Part shown: piece after piece, positions 22,867-35,400 of the stretch
Position numbering within the stretch: position 1 is the stretch's first letter
Layout: each line of letters starts with the position of its first letter
Assembly: GCA_905178155.1 (NCBI GenBank)
Contig: CAJINV010000011.1
Location: 516,491 to 580,490, forward strand
Length of the DNA: 64,000 bases
Reading direction: 5' to 3'
Source: Amoebophrya sp. A120
Taxonomy: Eukaryota; Protista; Dinoflagellata
Program-made: the position numbers and the translations under genes
Notes under the pieces: model-generated
The model's input: the letters and a program-made list of their open reading frames with translations, nothing else
Database searches by the model: none
What the model was told of the DNA's origin: nothing

Positions 22867-25219
22867 TCAGGAACCCTTGAAGGTTCGCCGCCGCTGCTCG
22901 ACGCCGTTCAGCCTTTGCTCTACTCGGGGAAGGGGCTGCGTGACGGTTTTGGTACGCCACTCGTTCTCGCGCACGGACAGCTTGCGCACCTCCTCGGGTA
23001 GCTTGTCTGGCTTCGCGTCCAGGTCAACGTCGCGCCAGCGGTATCTGTTCCCGACTTCGTCGACGATGCCGCGCCATCGCAGAACTTCGCCACTCAGTCG
23101 CTCGTCCGTCTCTGCCGCGTGGCACATCGGAACACGAATGACCGTGTTCCACTGCCCGGCGGTCTAGTGGAATTCAGAAATTCAAATTCGGAATGTGGAA
23201 AAAATTATCGCCGCATACAAATTCCTAAGCGACACTGACAAAAGACGTCCCCCTTAATTCAAATTCATAAAGAAAAAATGTCCTACGCTACGAGATCCAA
23301 AAAGCAAGCACTTAACTAAGTACTACCTCAAAGCTGCGGGCGGCGGTGAATTTTGGCTGGTAAATCTGTTCTGGCGCGACGATTTTGTTTACGTGCCTCC
23401 TGATCTCGCGGCCCATGGTAACAACAGCGTGGTCGTTTGCGAAGACGTTTTGCTCGAGGTCCAACCGCAAGGCCGCACAGTCCACGTCGCGCTCCAACAC
23501 GTTCACGATGTCGAACCGCAGGATTTTCGCCAACATAAAGTCGACCAGAATGTTCGGGAACATGTAGCGCACCACCACGCGGTGGCAGCCGGTCTTCTGA
23601 AGCATTTCCGCACTGGTGTAGCCCGTCGCCACGTACATCTTCGTGTTGGTTTCCGGCGGGAAGGAATTGGAGACCCACTGGAAGATCGCGCCCGCAACCG
23701 GACCGGCAACATCGTCGCCACTGTACACGCCAGCTTCCAAAAACTTTTTGTACAAAGCATTCCGCTGAACGCGCTCTGCCTCCGCTGTCGCCGTGTCCAC
23801 AGGCTCATCCAGAGGCGACCGTAGCTCCACGCAAACGTCAAAGAAAAGCTGAATTTGAACAACTTTGGTTTTGGCACAATTAAAACTACACAATACGACC
23901 ACAATCCAGCAACTGCAAAATCATCATAGATGCTGAATTCAAATTCTACAACGTTGCAAACAAGCATGAGCATGTAAAAAAATCTCTATACATACCTTGA
24001 AAATTGGCGTCGGGTTCTCGAATAGAACTGCTGGTCTGCCGAGGGTGTGCAGTTTCGCGATGGTGTTGTGCAGGAGGCTGCAGCCTTTTTCCTCTGCTAT
24101 GAAGAGCGCGTGATCCTCCGGCGCCTGCATAAGGCAGCACGCGTTCTTAATCCAGCAACCGTGGGAAATCTCCGCCCGCTCAATCGCTGAGCGATGAGAC
24201 GGCGGCGTCTTCCACTCCGCTTGGTCCACCATGGTGCGCACGACGGGTTTGACGTACTTCCGGAACTGTTGGAATTTTCGTTCACAGTACGAGAAGTATC
24301 CCTTCGGCAGAAACCGTTCCACGTCCGCGTCGGCGACACTGAGCGTCTCTTTGGTTTTTCGGTCACGCGTGTGGAGGCCCGCAGCCCAAAGCCGTTCTTC
24401 CGCACGTAGGCACTGCTCCAGAACCATGGCCGGGTCCTCCGGTACGACCTCGGGTGACTTGTTCGCACAAACTGCAGAAGATGACGACGCCGGTAGCTTG
24501 GAACTACACACATCGACTGCTGATTTTTCCCGGTGATCTTTCTCATCCTCCGTGATTGGTGGGGCCGTGGAGTCGATGTCCTTGTTCAACACCGGGCTCG
24601 CACCCGGCGAGGACGCGGTGGTCGACAATGAGGCAATATTTTCCTGCGGGCTGCAATTTTTCTCCCCAACGAGACTCCTAACTTCGTCCATGAGCCGCAG
24701 CTCCTCAGGTCTTCCTGTTCTACTGCACGATTTAATAGTATTCGGCGCAAAAGAACTCGCTTCGCCAGTTGTTGCGTCGTCCTCGCCCCTCTTTTCGGCT
24801 TGCATACTAGTTTCGAGGATTCCCGCCCTTGCTGGCATTTTATCGTCGTGCGTCTGGTCAGAGGAGCTTCGCAACTCTCGGCTCTTCGCAGCAGCTTCGG
24901 GATCTTCTATCCTTGCTGAAGAAAGAACTACATCCTTGCTGCTCCTGTCGTTAGTAATATCTTGATCTTCCTGCTGTACTAGCGCTGCATCTTCGTGGTC
25001 CGAGCTTAGAATTTGGCCCGCTTCATCCCGTTGCACCTGCTGCTCCCCTTCCACGCTGCTTCTGTGCTGCCCATCCTTCGGAGTAGTTTCATCGCCGTCG
25101 CGGTGCGATAGCAAACTGCTAGCTACGACCGTTACCCCACATGCTGCTATGGCGGCAGATGAACTCAAGGCACCAATTGTCGTGGGCTCGTTTGTGGAAA
25201 GCGAGAGAAGGCGGTCCAT
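22867..25219 (-). CDS. Protein with a putative archaeo-eukaryotic primase (C962R/NCLDV-type AEP-like) domain; canonical introns 23849-23995 and 23164-23326
   Basis: GT-AG joins give ...LFENPTPIFK|LFFDVCVEL...KTGCHRVVVRYMFPNILVD...RSFE|TAGQWNTVIRVP; resembles E-x-x-TPIFKLFFDxD and KxGxH...FPxxxVD of AEP-like domains. The gene is solid; the domain call is tentative. Confidence 0.5.
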
Positions 25220-26248
25220 CTTGATTGTACTAGAAACCGGACTACTTCTCGCATCTGCGATTTTTGTGTGCTGTCTTAATTTGTGCTTTTCTGCCTGGTG
25301 AGCGAATTACTTTTCTAAAATCTTAACACTCGGATCGATCTGCAAACAGCACGCTACGATCACACTAGATTTACTCCACCAACGACATGATACTCAGGAG
25401 CACACGACCAGCGTACAGATTATGTTCAGCTCTCGGTTACAACATTTCTAAAAGGCCTGTAAAAGCGAATGTGATAGTGACAGCGCGTAGAAGATAACTC
25501 TGTCATGGATGACAGGTTCAGTCGTGGATCGTTCACATAAATAGATAATCTTGTCTCTCGTGCATAATTGCGTTGTCATGCTAGACCAAGATCCTCGTCG
25601 CTGCAATGCAATGCTTTGGAACACTGAATATTAAGGAGGTGACAAGTATTAGTACCCATTTTCAGCCCACTTCGACGGCTATATACAGTTTTTTTTCTCG
25701 TGTGGTGAAAGTTTGACGGGGTGCGTCAATATGTGAGAAGTGAGTCTGTGGATGTCTTTCCGAAAAGGATGCGCTTTTTGTGCAGCTGAGACCTTCTAGC
25801 TGATTATGGATCGATGAAGTGCTGTGTCTATCTGGTGAGCAGCACAACATCCATTCGAAAAATGCGAGTTCTGCAGAGTATCAAGCACATTCCTGAAAAC
25901 ATCCTAGTACACTGAGTGTCTCCTGTTCCATTATACGGAAGACGCCTGAAATATCAAACCCGTCTTGGACATAATCACCTTCTCCCATAAGTGAAAAGCA
26001 CTTCAGAAGTAGAGTACATTCGCTTTGCAACGGTCTTCATCTAGGGTGGATATGGAGCTACTAAATCTCGACTTCCCTAGGGATACTATCGCGCGGCAAG
26101 ACCAAGATCGAAGAACTCCCCGCCGTAATAAATGGCGTATGGTGAGGAAGATGTTGATGTCCCTACGAAGGCAGAAAGCCCGTCGCACCATCTGCTTTCG
26201 ACCTCGCGGCAAAATTGGATGTCGTCGTGATCTCCCAGCCTTTTACTT

Positions 26249-27375
26249 TTAATGCAGAACCGCCCTGGAACTAATTGCGTTTCTCAATGAATTCAGAATG
26301 AAGTCAGAGTTTCGCACTTTTTGGGATTTTGGGGCGAAAGGCATCGCCTAAATCACCTCTAACAGCGCCAACGCGGCCCCCTTAGCCCGACAATAAGGTG
26401 GCTGACAGGGCGCAAAAGCGCAAGCGTCGTAGTGAGTGCATCGATAGCCGCGTAGCGGCTCTTTACTGAACAAATGGCCACAATGTTTCCCAATGCACGG
26501 CCCCGAACTGGGAGGGCGTGCGCGTGCTTCAGGCGTGTACCTCTCAAACACCCAACACCCACAAGCGTCGCTCACTCGAGGGGCCCTGACGATCACAAAT
26601 ACGCGCACAAAATGCGGACCGGATTGGGCAAGGTGTCGGACAAGACGTCCCAGGTCCCTCGGCGCGAAGCCCCTCTGGCCCGGAGCCCATGGAACTCACG
26701 ATGCCAGATCCCAAGAAACAAATCCACAAGCAAGATGATGCAGCGAAACAGAGCCCCGGCAATCATTTTGCCCCCTTTTGATAGATGCGAAACGGCCAAA
26801 AGCCTCGACAACGCCGTACTTGTTTTGCCAAACTTTTTTCAACTCTTTTCCAACTTAATTTTGAAATTGGTGCCGGACCCTTCCGCAAGATGCTCGCTGG
26901 CCCGCCTTTTCTTCAATGGCCTGGCTGGACGCCGGGCCGCTTCCCTCGAAAAAAACACAGGCCAGGGTGGTTCCTCGCTATGGCCTGCGGTCTTTCATGA
27001 CCCGGGAATCAGGGCCCATTCGCCAGAGGCAAGTGTGCGGCTGGCGGCGTGCAAGGCAATAATGTTGGGGGCAGCAATGACGTTGCATCGCTGCAAAATC
27101 TTGCCAGGCTAAGAAAGTCCCTGTCTTTCGCGCATGAAGACGCTTATACAGTGGCGGCCCGAAGCAGGAAAGTCGAAGGGCCTCCACGCGCCCTATTGAT
27201 GACCAGGCTGATGCTCCGTCGGTCGATAACCAGGCGCGAGGACTCAGGCCCCTAAAACGAGCCAAAGTGTAAAATTGCTGGAATTCTGAATTCATTCTGT
27301 TCTGAATTCGTTAAGAAATGATTATTTTCTACGGCGGTTTTGAGTTAATTGATATTTTTTGCGTCCGTCCATCTT
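26249..27375. mobile_element. ~1.1-kb insertion with imperfect TIRs and a 42-bp target duplication
   Basis: CGGCAAAATTGGATGTCGTCGTGATCTCCCAGCCTTTTACTT is identical at 26207-26248 and 27376-27417; left end TAATGCAGAACCGCCCTGG..TGAATTCAGAA matches the reverse complement of ~27300-27347. Confidence 0.85.
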
Positions 27376-27411
27376 CGGCAAAATTGGATGTCGTCGTGAT
27401 CTCCCAGCCTT

Positions 27412-28458
27412 TTACTTGTCGTCCTTCTTCTTCTGCTTCGGGATTTTTGGCAGCGGCGCTCCCAGTGCGCGGTTCAGTTTCTGAATCACCGCGCCCTCCG
27501 GGACAGCCTTGCCTGCCTCGTAGTCGCGAATGATAGCCGGAGCCAGATTATGCATTGCAAATATCAATCTGGCGGTCTGGAAGGATGCAACTTGTCATGC
27601 TAAGTCTGGAGGAACTGGATCGTGCAAAAAGTAGTCTACTTTTGTTGACCAGGTTCAGAGGGATTTTCTCATGCACAGGGTAGGCATGATAGTACAGATC
27701 TGTCATCATGCTAAATCCTGCATTTTTCGAGGCCTCATGGGTCGTGGAAAACTTGCATGACAAGTTTCGTACTATTCTTCCAGACCCCGATCGATATTTG
27801 CAGTGGATACAGATTGCACGCCTGCGCCAGCTGTGCCTGAGTTAGGCCCTTCCCCTGTCGCAGCTTCTGCAGGGCCAGCTTGAACTCCGTTGGAATCTGC
27901 GACAATGGTATTGGTGTTTTATTTTATGGTTGTATTGATCAGGATATTGATTCGATTGATATGCTAGGGAAGAACAAGAACATCAACATCAAACAGTTCA
28001 AGATCTGCGTTACTTAATTCGATTGACGCATCGAAAATCTTTGGTAGGTTGTCATACGCATAATGTTATTTTGTGTAGTAAAAAAAACACGAAGATCATG
28101 ATGAAGTACCTGGCGGTGCTTGTAACTTCCAGTATCCTCATCGAGCGCCTTGGAGTTCGTTGGTCCCACCGAATGGTTCGCAGCACCAAATTTGTTCTCC
28201 ACTTCCAGGTTTCCAGTCCTGGCCGCAGCATTCTGCGCAGCCTTGGATTTCGCGTTGCCACCTGTTTAGAAGTAGAGGGTTAGTTTGTAGTGAACAATGT
28301 GCAGCTTTTTTATTTGACTACATTATTTTTTGGCATGGCTTGATATAAAGACCGCAAGAAATCAACCGCAAAAATTCTTTGATCATCTTACCTGCTGTCT
28401 TCGTCCACCCGTAAGTCGGGGTGTCGAGAGAGTTAGCAGCGTTAGGGTGGGCCGACAT
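27412..28458 (-). CDS. MBF1: Multiprotein bridging factor 1 (HTH transcriptional co-activator)
   Basis: MSAHPN...TAG|GNAKSKAA...VENKFGAAN...ALDEDTGSYKHRQ|IPTEFKLALQKLRQGKGLTQAQLAQACNL|APAIIRDYEAGKAVPEGAVIQKLNRALG...; two GT-AG introns (28262-28391, 27897-28110) plus one introner. Confidence 0.92.
27549..27809. mobile_element. Introner, family A subtype, inside the MBF1 HTH
   Basis: DR CAGAT/CAGAT; joins ACNL|APAII. Confidence 0.93.
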
Positions 28459-29633
28459 TGTTCGTTCTTGTCTCCTTTCCGGGGATAGGATACTCGGCTC
28501 CTGCTTACGGCGTTTATTAGTAGATGTGGCTCCTCTGTGAAGATAACGAAGTCGCTTCTACTTTCCAGACAGCTAAGTGGAGTTTTCTTTTTTCACAAAG
28601 AACAGAAGATAATCTAATACAACTAAATCGAAGATGTAGGCGGTCGAGCGAACAAATTGGAGATTTGTGTTCTTGAGAACTTCCGTGTGGACGGTCGGAG
28701 TAAAAAAATGGGAGAATTTATTTTATCCAAAACAACGCCAAAAAAATGCTCGGTAGTGACGACAAGCGCTTCTTCTGGGTCTGGTACCACTTCGAAATCT
28801 ACTTCACTCTAACAAACCTATGTCAATTGAGTATGTGTAGTAATTGAATATGGGGTCGGTCGTCGTGGGAGCTTTGTTGTATCGCCTGAAACTTTTGTAC
28901 GAAAATCAAGTCAAACTGACAATCCAACGCACGGTCAAAAATGGAAAAGAGACTTCTCCGCAGATGATCAATCTTTCAGCTTGTTCTAAACATCTTCATT
29001 ATCCGAAGCGCTCGAGATAATACAAGAACCGATGAAGATTTGTTCTTTAAGGATCGCGGAGTAGATAGATTCTGTGTCATTCTGATCATGTCGATAATTC
29101 TATTTCCGGTGGTACATCAGGAGAGGCTTGAGCGAACGCTAGGTACATTGTCGCTCGGTGCATTCTAAGACACAGAGCGAGGAGAGAAGTTGCGATATTT
29201 TCATATGCGCGATGTAGTGTGATGTCACATATTCATATACTTCGCATGTCAACGATATCCTTGTACACGGTTCTTTTTGTCTTTTTATGTAAAGCACTTG
29301 CTTTTGTTAGCAGTCTCCATCATACAAAAGGCGTTTCGCGTTCCTGTTCCACTTCTTACTGGTGAATGACAAGCATGTACAACTCTCGAGAGCGCGTTCA
29401 TCTTTGTGTGTTGCAACATGCACTATTAACAACGTACGGAAATATAGGTATTTGAAGCCCTAAGCGACATATAAGACATCATCAAACAGTCGGATTATTT
29501 AGTATCTATTTTACGGCAAGAAACTTGAGAGCATTTTTCTAGCTGCGGACTACTTCCTGCTGACTTCTTCATGTTCATCCTCATGAAAAAATCGATGGAT
29601 AGAGATACTGTCACACAGATCAACTACTTCTAC

Positions 29634-31468
29634 TTATTTCTTCTCCTGTTTGACCGGCGACGGCGCGGCTGACGTAGTAGCACCCGCTGCTAACCCAGCG
29701 GAAGTAGGCTTGCCGCTGATCCCCCCAGCACCACCGGCGACCGGTTTGTTATTATTCCCCTTTTTGTTGGACTGCACGCTTTTCACTCGCTGCATCAGCG
29801 CCGCGGGCTTCAACTTCCACGTCTGCACTGGCCGCCACCATGTATGAAAGCGTCAGGTTTGAAATCGACATAGTTGAAATGATTTGTCATGCACAAAATG
29901 GATACCAGTTGGAAGACCAATTTCCAAGCGGCGCATGACAAATTTTCCTAGCACCGGAATCCAATTTGCCATGCTGTTTGGGCAAAGAAGACTGCTCCTC
30001 TCATGCTACTCTAACAGCACATTGCATAGCCCTAAACAGGCTCACAATCGGTCTCATATGCCTGCTCCCTAGTACAGGCCTGCAGTACTTTGCATTTTAT
30101 GCATCACAAAATTTTCGATTTTGTCGATTTCGATCCTGACACATCCATACCAAGGGGAGTGTCCGTACATCCGCAGGTAGGTTTCCGTATCAAGTGCAAA
30201 TATTTTTGAATATCTGGAAGACTTGTGATGCTGTGTTTGGACTCTAAAAAAATCTGTATTGCATGAGCAGCAAAATAGGAGTCCAACTCTTGCTACGCGA
30301 AGAGGGCATCTGTAATGCGGGATAGGCATCATCAAGACGGCCTCAAAAAATCTGTGATGGAAGGGCGTACAACATAGACATCATGGCTCATGGGAAACGT
30401 GCATGACAAGTTCGCATCCTTCCAGACCCAGATCGACATTTGCAACGCATATTCCGAATACTCGGTCAACTCCGAATTCTCCGCCCGCAGAAATCGCCAC
30501 AGCCGCCACTTCCTTTTCTTCTTCGTTGTACTAGCGGAGTTGTCTTTTTGCTGCAAGATCTTCCCGATGTCCAGACCGTACTCCTGATTTCGGGTTTGTG
30601 GCAGCAGTTGGAACAATTCCTGGTCTTCTTGCGTGTTTGATGTCCATTGGTTGGTATTTTTAGTCGTCGTCCTTGCTACTTTTGATACTGTAGTCGATGG
30701 ATTACTATCTTCTGCCCGGTCTAGTCGTGTTTCCCGAATTGTTGCGCCGTCCTGGTCGTCGTCGTTGAGCCCCTCATCGTTTGCTGTCGCGCTTGTAGTT
30801 GTTCTCTCGCCGTTTATTTCAGCAACTGCAGAGTGGTTCGCTCTCGCGCTTTGTCCGCTTTTGCATGCGACGGCGGCCTAAAACAAGTGGTCGTGTGTTT
30901 TCCTTTTCGTGCAGTGTTGGATCACGTTGGCATAAAGAGCAAATGAACGGCATTTTTCAGATGATGATATCATGGTGACTACTACCCACAGCTGGTGCCA
31001 TGAACAAACGAAACTCGCAAGGGCATTTCCAACACAAACTGGTCACAACAGAAGCTCGTAGTCCTACGCCTAGTACTTTATATATACCTCCTTCCCCGTC
31101 GATCCTCCCGTTCCAGCCTTACACGCATCATCAAAACTCTCCTCCAGCAGGGTGGTGTTCAGAAAGCTCTGGTTCTTCTTGGTTGGTCGTGATGTTTTAA
31201 TAATGTTCCCGCTGGGTTTGCTGTCCTGCTCCTGGACGAGTTCATCTTGAGCGGCACTTTCTGCTCCACTTCTGGGTGCGAAAAACGCCCCCACGCCCAC
31301 CTTCGGGGTCAGGATGTTTTTCTCGATGGTCTTGGAGTTCAGCACAAAGTCCCGCTTCACCTGGATAAACTTTTTGTCCCACTCCAACTTCTCAATCAGC
31401 GCCCGATTCCGCTGGTACGGGCTCTGTTGCGTCGCTAAATGCACACGCGTTTTGCGGCTGTTCCACAT
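29634..31468 (-). CDS. FAM183/CFAP144-like ciliary microtubule inner protein
   Basis: N-terminal RNRALIEKLEWDKKF...FVLNSK, central LPQTRNQEYGLD and C-terminal SELTEYSETYLRMYGHSPW match FAM183 motif order; canonical intron 30878-31087 plus two introners. Confidence 0.65.
29843..30149. mobile_element. Introner, family G (GTCAGGnTnGAAATCGACA TIR)
   Basis: DR CCATG/CCAAG; joins HSPW|WRPVQ. Confidence 0.85.
30188..30451. mobile_element. Introner, family A
   Basis: DR TTCCG/TTCCG; joins EYSE|TYLRM. Confidence 0.92.
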
Positions 31469-32408
31469 GATTCTGATTCTGCAGGAGGATTACGTGTTTG
31501 TTTGTAAAAGAAGGACGAACAAACTACTTAGACGATGTTGATCTTCTGTGAGTGAAATAAAGCGGCAATCTCTCTCTCTACCAGAACCTTGGACAGCAAA
31601 AAACAGGTTTCAGGTTCCGCACGCACACTTAATTGTTGTTCTTCGTATAATATCACATTAAATGACGTGGGTGAAGATGGACGGCATCATGAGAACAATC
31701 TTAATCTTTACTCAACAAGGTCGGTAGAACTTCTGTCCCACAGCTGCAACTACTCTCAGGACCCAATTAGTTCGCATAAAACAAAAAAGAAAACGAAACA
31801 GAAAAAAACGGAACAAGCGACATGTCCTCGATCAAAAATCCAGCTCCTGGCTGAGATTCAATTATTTTTTTGTAGTTCGTCGTTAAGTGTTATATCGACT
31901 CTTTTTCTATTTTTTCAAATGGCATATTACTGCGCAAAAAGCAAGACAAATACACCAACGAGTGGCTCGATTTTTCACTTCGCCGGCAGAGCAATTAAGG
32001 ACCGCGTAGTGAAAAAAAATCACTGTCACCATCCGCAAAAAAAGAAAGTTCGCTAGTACACAGCTAGTATTTTGCTTCGAACAAAAAAGACCAAATCACA
32101 CTTGTTCAATAAACACGAATAGTTGCAAAAAACAATGCATCCACATCGATTTCCAGCCGCAGCAAGAGCGACGATGATAACTTTAATTGCATTGCAAAAT
32201 AATCAATAAACCAAACAAACCTCGAGCTGCAAGAACGTCAAGTAATGTGCGAAGTATAATTCTTAGCATAAATCATGTGAGTACAGGACGAGCCATCGTG
32301 TCTCTCTTTATTCCAATTTTTTCTGCCTTCTTTGAATTTGATGAAGAAAAAGAAGAGCCGTTAGTACTTACTTTACAACATCCCACGAGTAGTTCTCTCG
32401 GCCCTTTA

Positions 32409-35400
32409 TCATCCCGTGAACGCCGACATACTCGTTGGGGGTTTCAGGGCCCGCATTTGGCGCACAATCGCATCCACCTCCTCGCGCTGCACGGCCAGTT
32501 GGTTCTCCTTCTGCCCCAGGAGTTTTTTCAACTCGAAGATTTCGTGTTTTTGGATCTCCAACTCGGTTTCCAGGGTGATCTCCTTCTTCTTGGCGGTTTG
32601 CTGCATCGCCTGCGTCTTCTGCAGCAGCTGCTTCTCCAACAGGGCCACCGTGCTGGCCAGCTGCCGGAACTGCTGCGGTACGGAACTCGACTGTTGGTCT
32701 TTCGTGGACACCACCAGCTGCGCTAACGAGTCGTTCTTGTCCTGCAGCTCTTTCACGTCCTGCTGCAGCCGGTCCTTCTGCCGCACCAGCTCCGCGTTCT
32801 GCAGCGTCATTCGCGTCAACTCCGTCTTGGTCGCGAGGTCAGCTTGTGTAGCAGGACCGCCGATGACAGTACTTGAAGTCGTTTGGCCATCTTGTTGCGC
32901 ACCATAATTCATCATTTCAGAACCAGTTTGCCTGGTTTTGTTGTTCGGCGCGCCGTGGTCACCAGGAGCTGTGGTCCCTCGTCCCCCCGCCCCAGGCACG
33001 GAGTTGAAGAAGTTGCTCCAGATCTGTTCGCCCGAGCTCCCCTGCTGCAGCAAGTCTTGCAGCAACAAAAGCCATTCGACGTCCTTCTGCCCCTTGCTCC
33101 GGCCGAAGAACAGCGTCAGGGTTTCCACCTCCACCGGAGTTAGGACCTCCTGGGCGACGTTCAGGGTCTTCGATTGGAAAATATCCAAAAAATCCTGCCG
33201 CGACACCGTGCCGGAGCAGCTCGGATCCTTCAACCGAAAGGCGTCCAGCAGTTCCTGCCACTTGTTCATCACATGCAAATACTTATATCTGGGTCGGGAA
33301 AGAACAACTTCCTTGTGATGCAAGCCTGCGAATAATGAGCTCACTGCAAAAATAGGTGACCAAGCATTGCAGGTTTTTGAGAGAGCTCCTGCGTCATGCG
33401 TATTCCGCATGGCAGGCTCCATTCTTGCATGACAGGCAAGAGGATCTTTTCGCGCCTAAGCATCACAGAGTTGTTTGAGTTGACGCTTAAAGTTACTTAT
33501 GCCAGACGAGCATCACAAACCCGGCATTCTTCCAGACCAAGACATATTTGCCATGCATATTGTTGCTGTCCTTGAGCTTCCGCAACGGGTGCAATACACT
33601 GGCGAAGGAGCCTGGGTTAGTTGTTAGACTTAGGTTGCAGATGAACAATACACGCTTGTACAAATGAGCAGCTCAACAAGTCAGTTGCAAAAACAAAAAA
33701 GCTCGAATAAAATTGATAAGTACCTAGCTGCGGCGTCGCCCCTTGCAACAGGAGAGTGCGCAACTCCGGCCAAAACACCTTCCCACCGGGCACACACAGC
33801 AGTGCCGCGTCCTCCTGCAGCTGCTTCAGCTCCGGGCCCCAGGGCCCGCACCGCTGCACGCTCTTGAGAAACTCAAACCAGGGGATGCTCAAGCCGTGGT
33901 GGCTGTGGTGCACTTTAAGGTCCTGTTCCAAGATCGGGAAGTCCTCTGCGACGAAGCGGTTTTCCCGCCACCGCTCCGCGAACAGCGCGAACGCCAGCGT
34001 TTGCTCGCCGATCTCTATCAAGTGCAAAAATGACTGGGTCTCGAACATCGGAAGATCTGTCATGCACACCTGACATGACCCATGACGGCTGTGATGTATG
34101 CCCTAGCATTACAGATTTTCTGAGTGCTTCTTGATGCCTATCCTGCATGAGAAATGCCCTCTCCACGTGCCAAAAACTGGACTCCTATTGCCTGTCATGC
34201 AATTTGTTTAGAATCCAAAAATAGCATTACAAGTTGCATCCTTCCAGACCCAGGAGACATCTTTGCATTTGATAATCGCTGGTGGCCGTCCAAAGGTGTC
34301 TTCGGTCTCCGGCGAGAGGCTCTCTGCGACGGACAGCTTTTGCAACAGCGCTTGGTCCAGCAGCGACCGGATGGTCGGCATCGCGAGAAAAAATCCCCCC
34401 TCCCCATATTGACAAGGAATGTCTTATTCGAAGATTTGTGTTGCTGATTTGTGGCCACGAATCGTGTCTGGCTTGCCAGAAGGCAACTCCACAGGCTCCG
34501 CCGCATTATGCAGGCGGCTTGTCATGCTGCTGGGACTACCGCGCGGGCGTTTTTCATGCCAAGCGCCTAGGCCAAAGCCTCTCTGCTCAGGCCTGATATG
34601 GGTCTGCAGTCCTCTCCAGCAAGACAAATCTGATTTGTGTACGCAAATCCAGCATCAGAAACTTCGTTTCGATATGGGGAGAGGGGATTTTTCCTTTTGA
34701 TAGTCGGCAAATCGTTCTTCTCGATCGCGACCCGCATATGAAATGCAAAAATGTCTGGGTCTGGAAGGATCCGAACTTGTGATGCGCATTGTAGAACACA
34801 GAAAAATCTCTCATGCATAGGTAGCAAAAGCTGCCGACTTTCTGTCACCAAAATGGGGGACTTCTCATGCGGGTTCGGCATTGCGGAAGCTTCTCGAAAC
34901 CTGTGGTGCTAGAGCTTCCATGCCAGAGCTTCTGCGTCATGCAAAAACAGCATGACTCTTCCAGACCCAGACATTTTTACATTTGATACCGCACGCGCTG
35001 AAGAAATTCCGTCGTGGGGTAGGGCCCAGCATCCGCGGCTTGCTTCCTGCGGATCTGCAGTGCATCCACAAACGCCAACAGGTGGTTTTTGTCCTGCACG
35101 CGCTGCGACTGCTCAGCCTTTCGCCGCATTTCCTGGTCCGCAACATCTTCTACATTCGCGGCTGTTGTTCCGGGCGGCTGGTAGGACTTCTGCTCCAATA
35201 AGTCGCTCGCGGCCTTCTCGAGGATTCCGAAGCACAGCGCGAACGGCTGGGCCAAAAATTTCCGCATCAGAGACGGCGTGAACTGCAGAAAATCCCGGGC
35301 TTTGATCGATTGGGATTGCGCAGCAGTTCTTGTTATACCACCTTGTAACTCTTCGCGATAACCATCTTCCAATTCCGTGAACACAACCTTTTTCGGCGGA

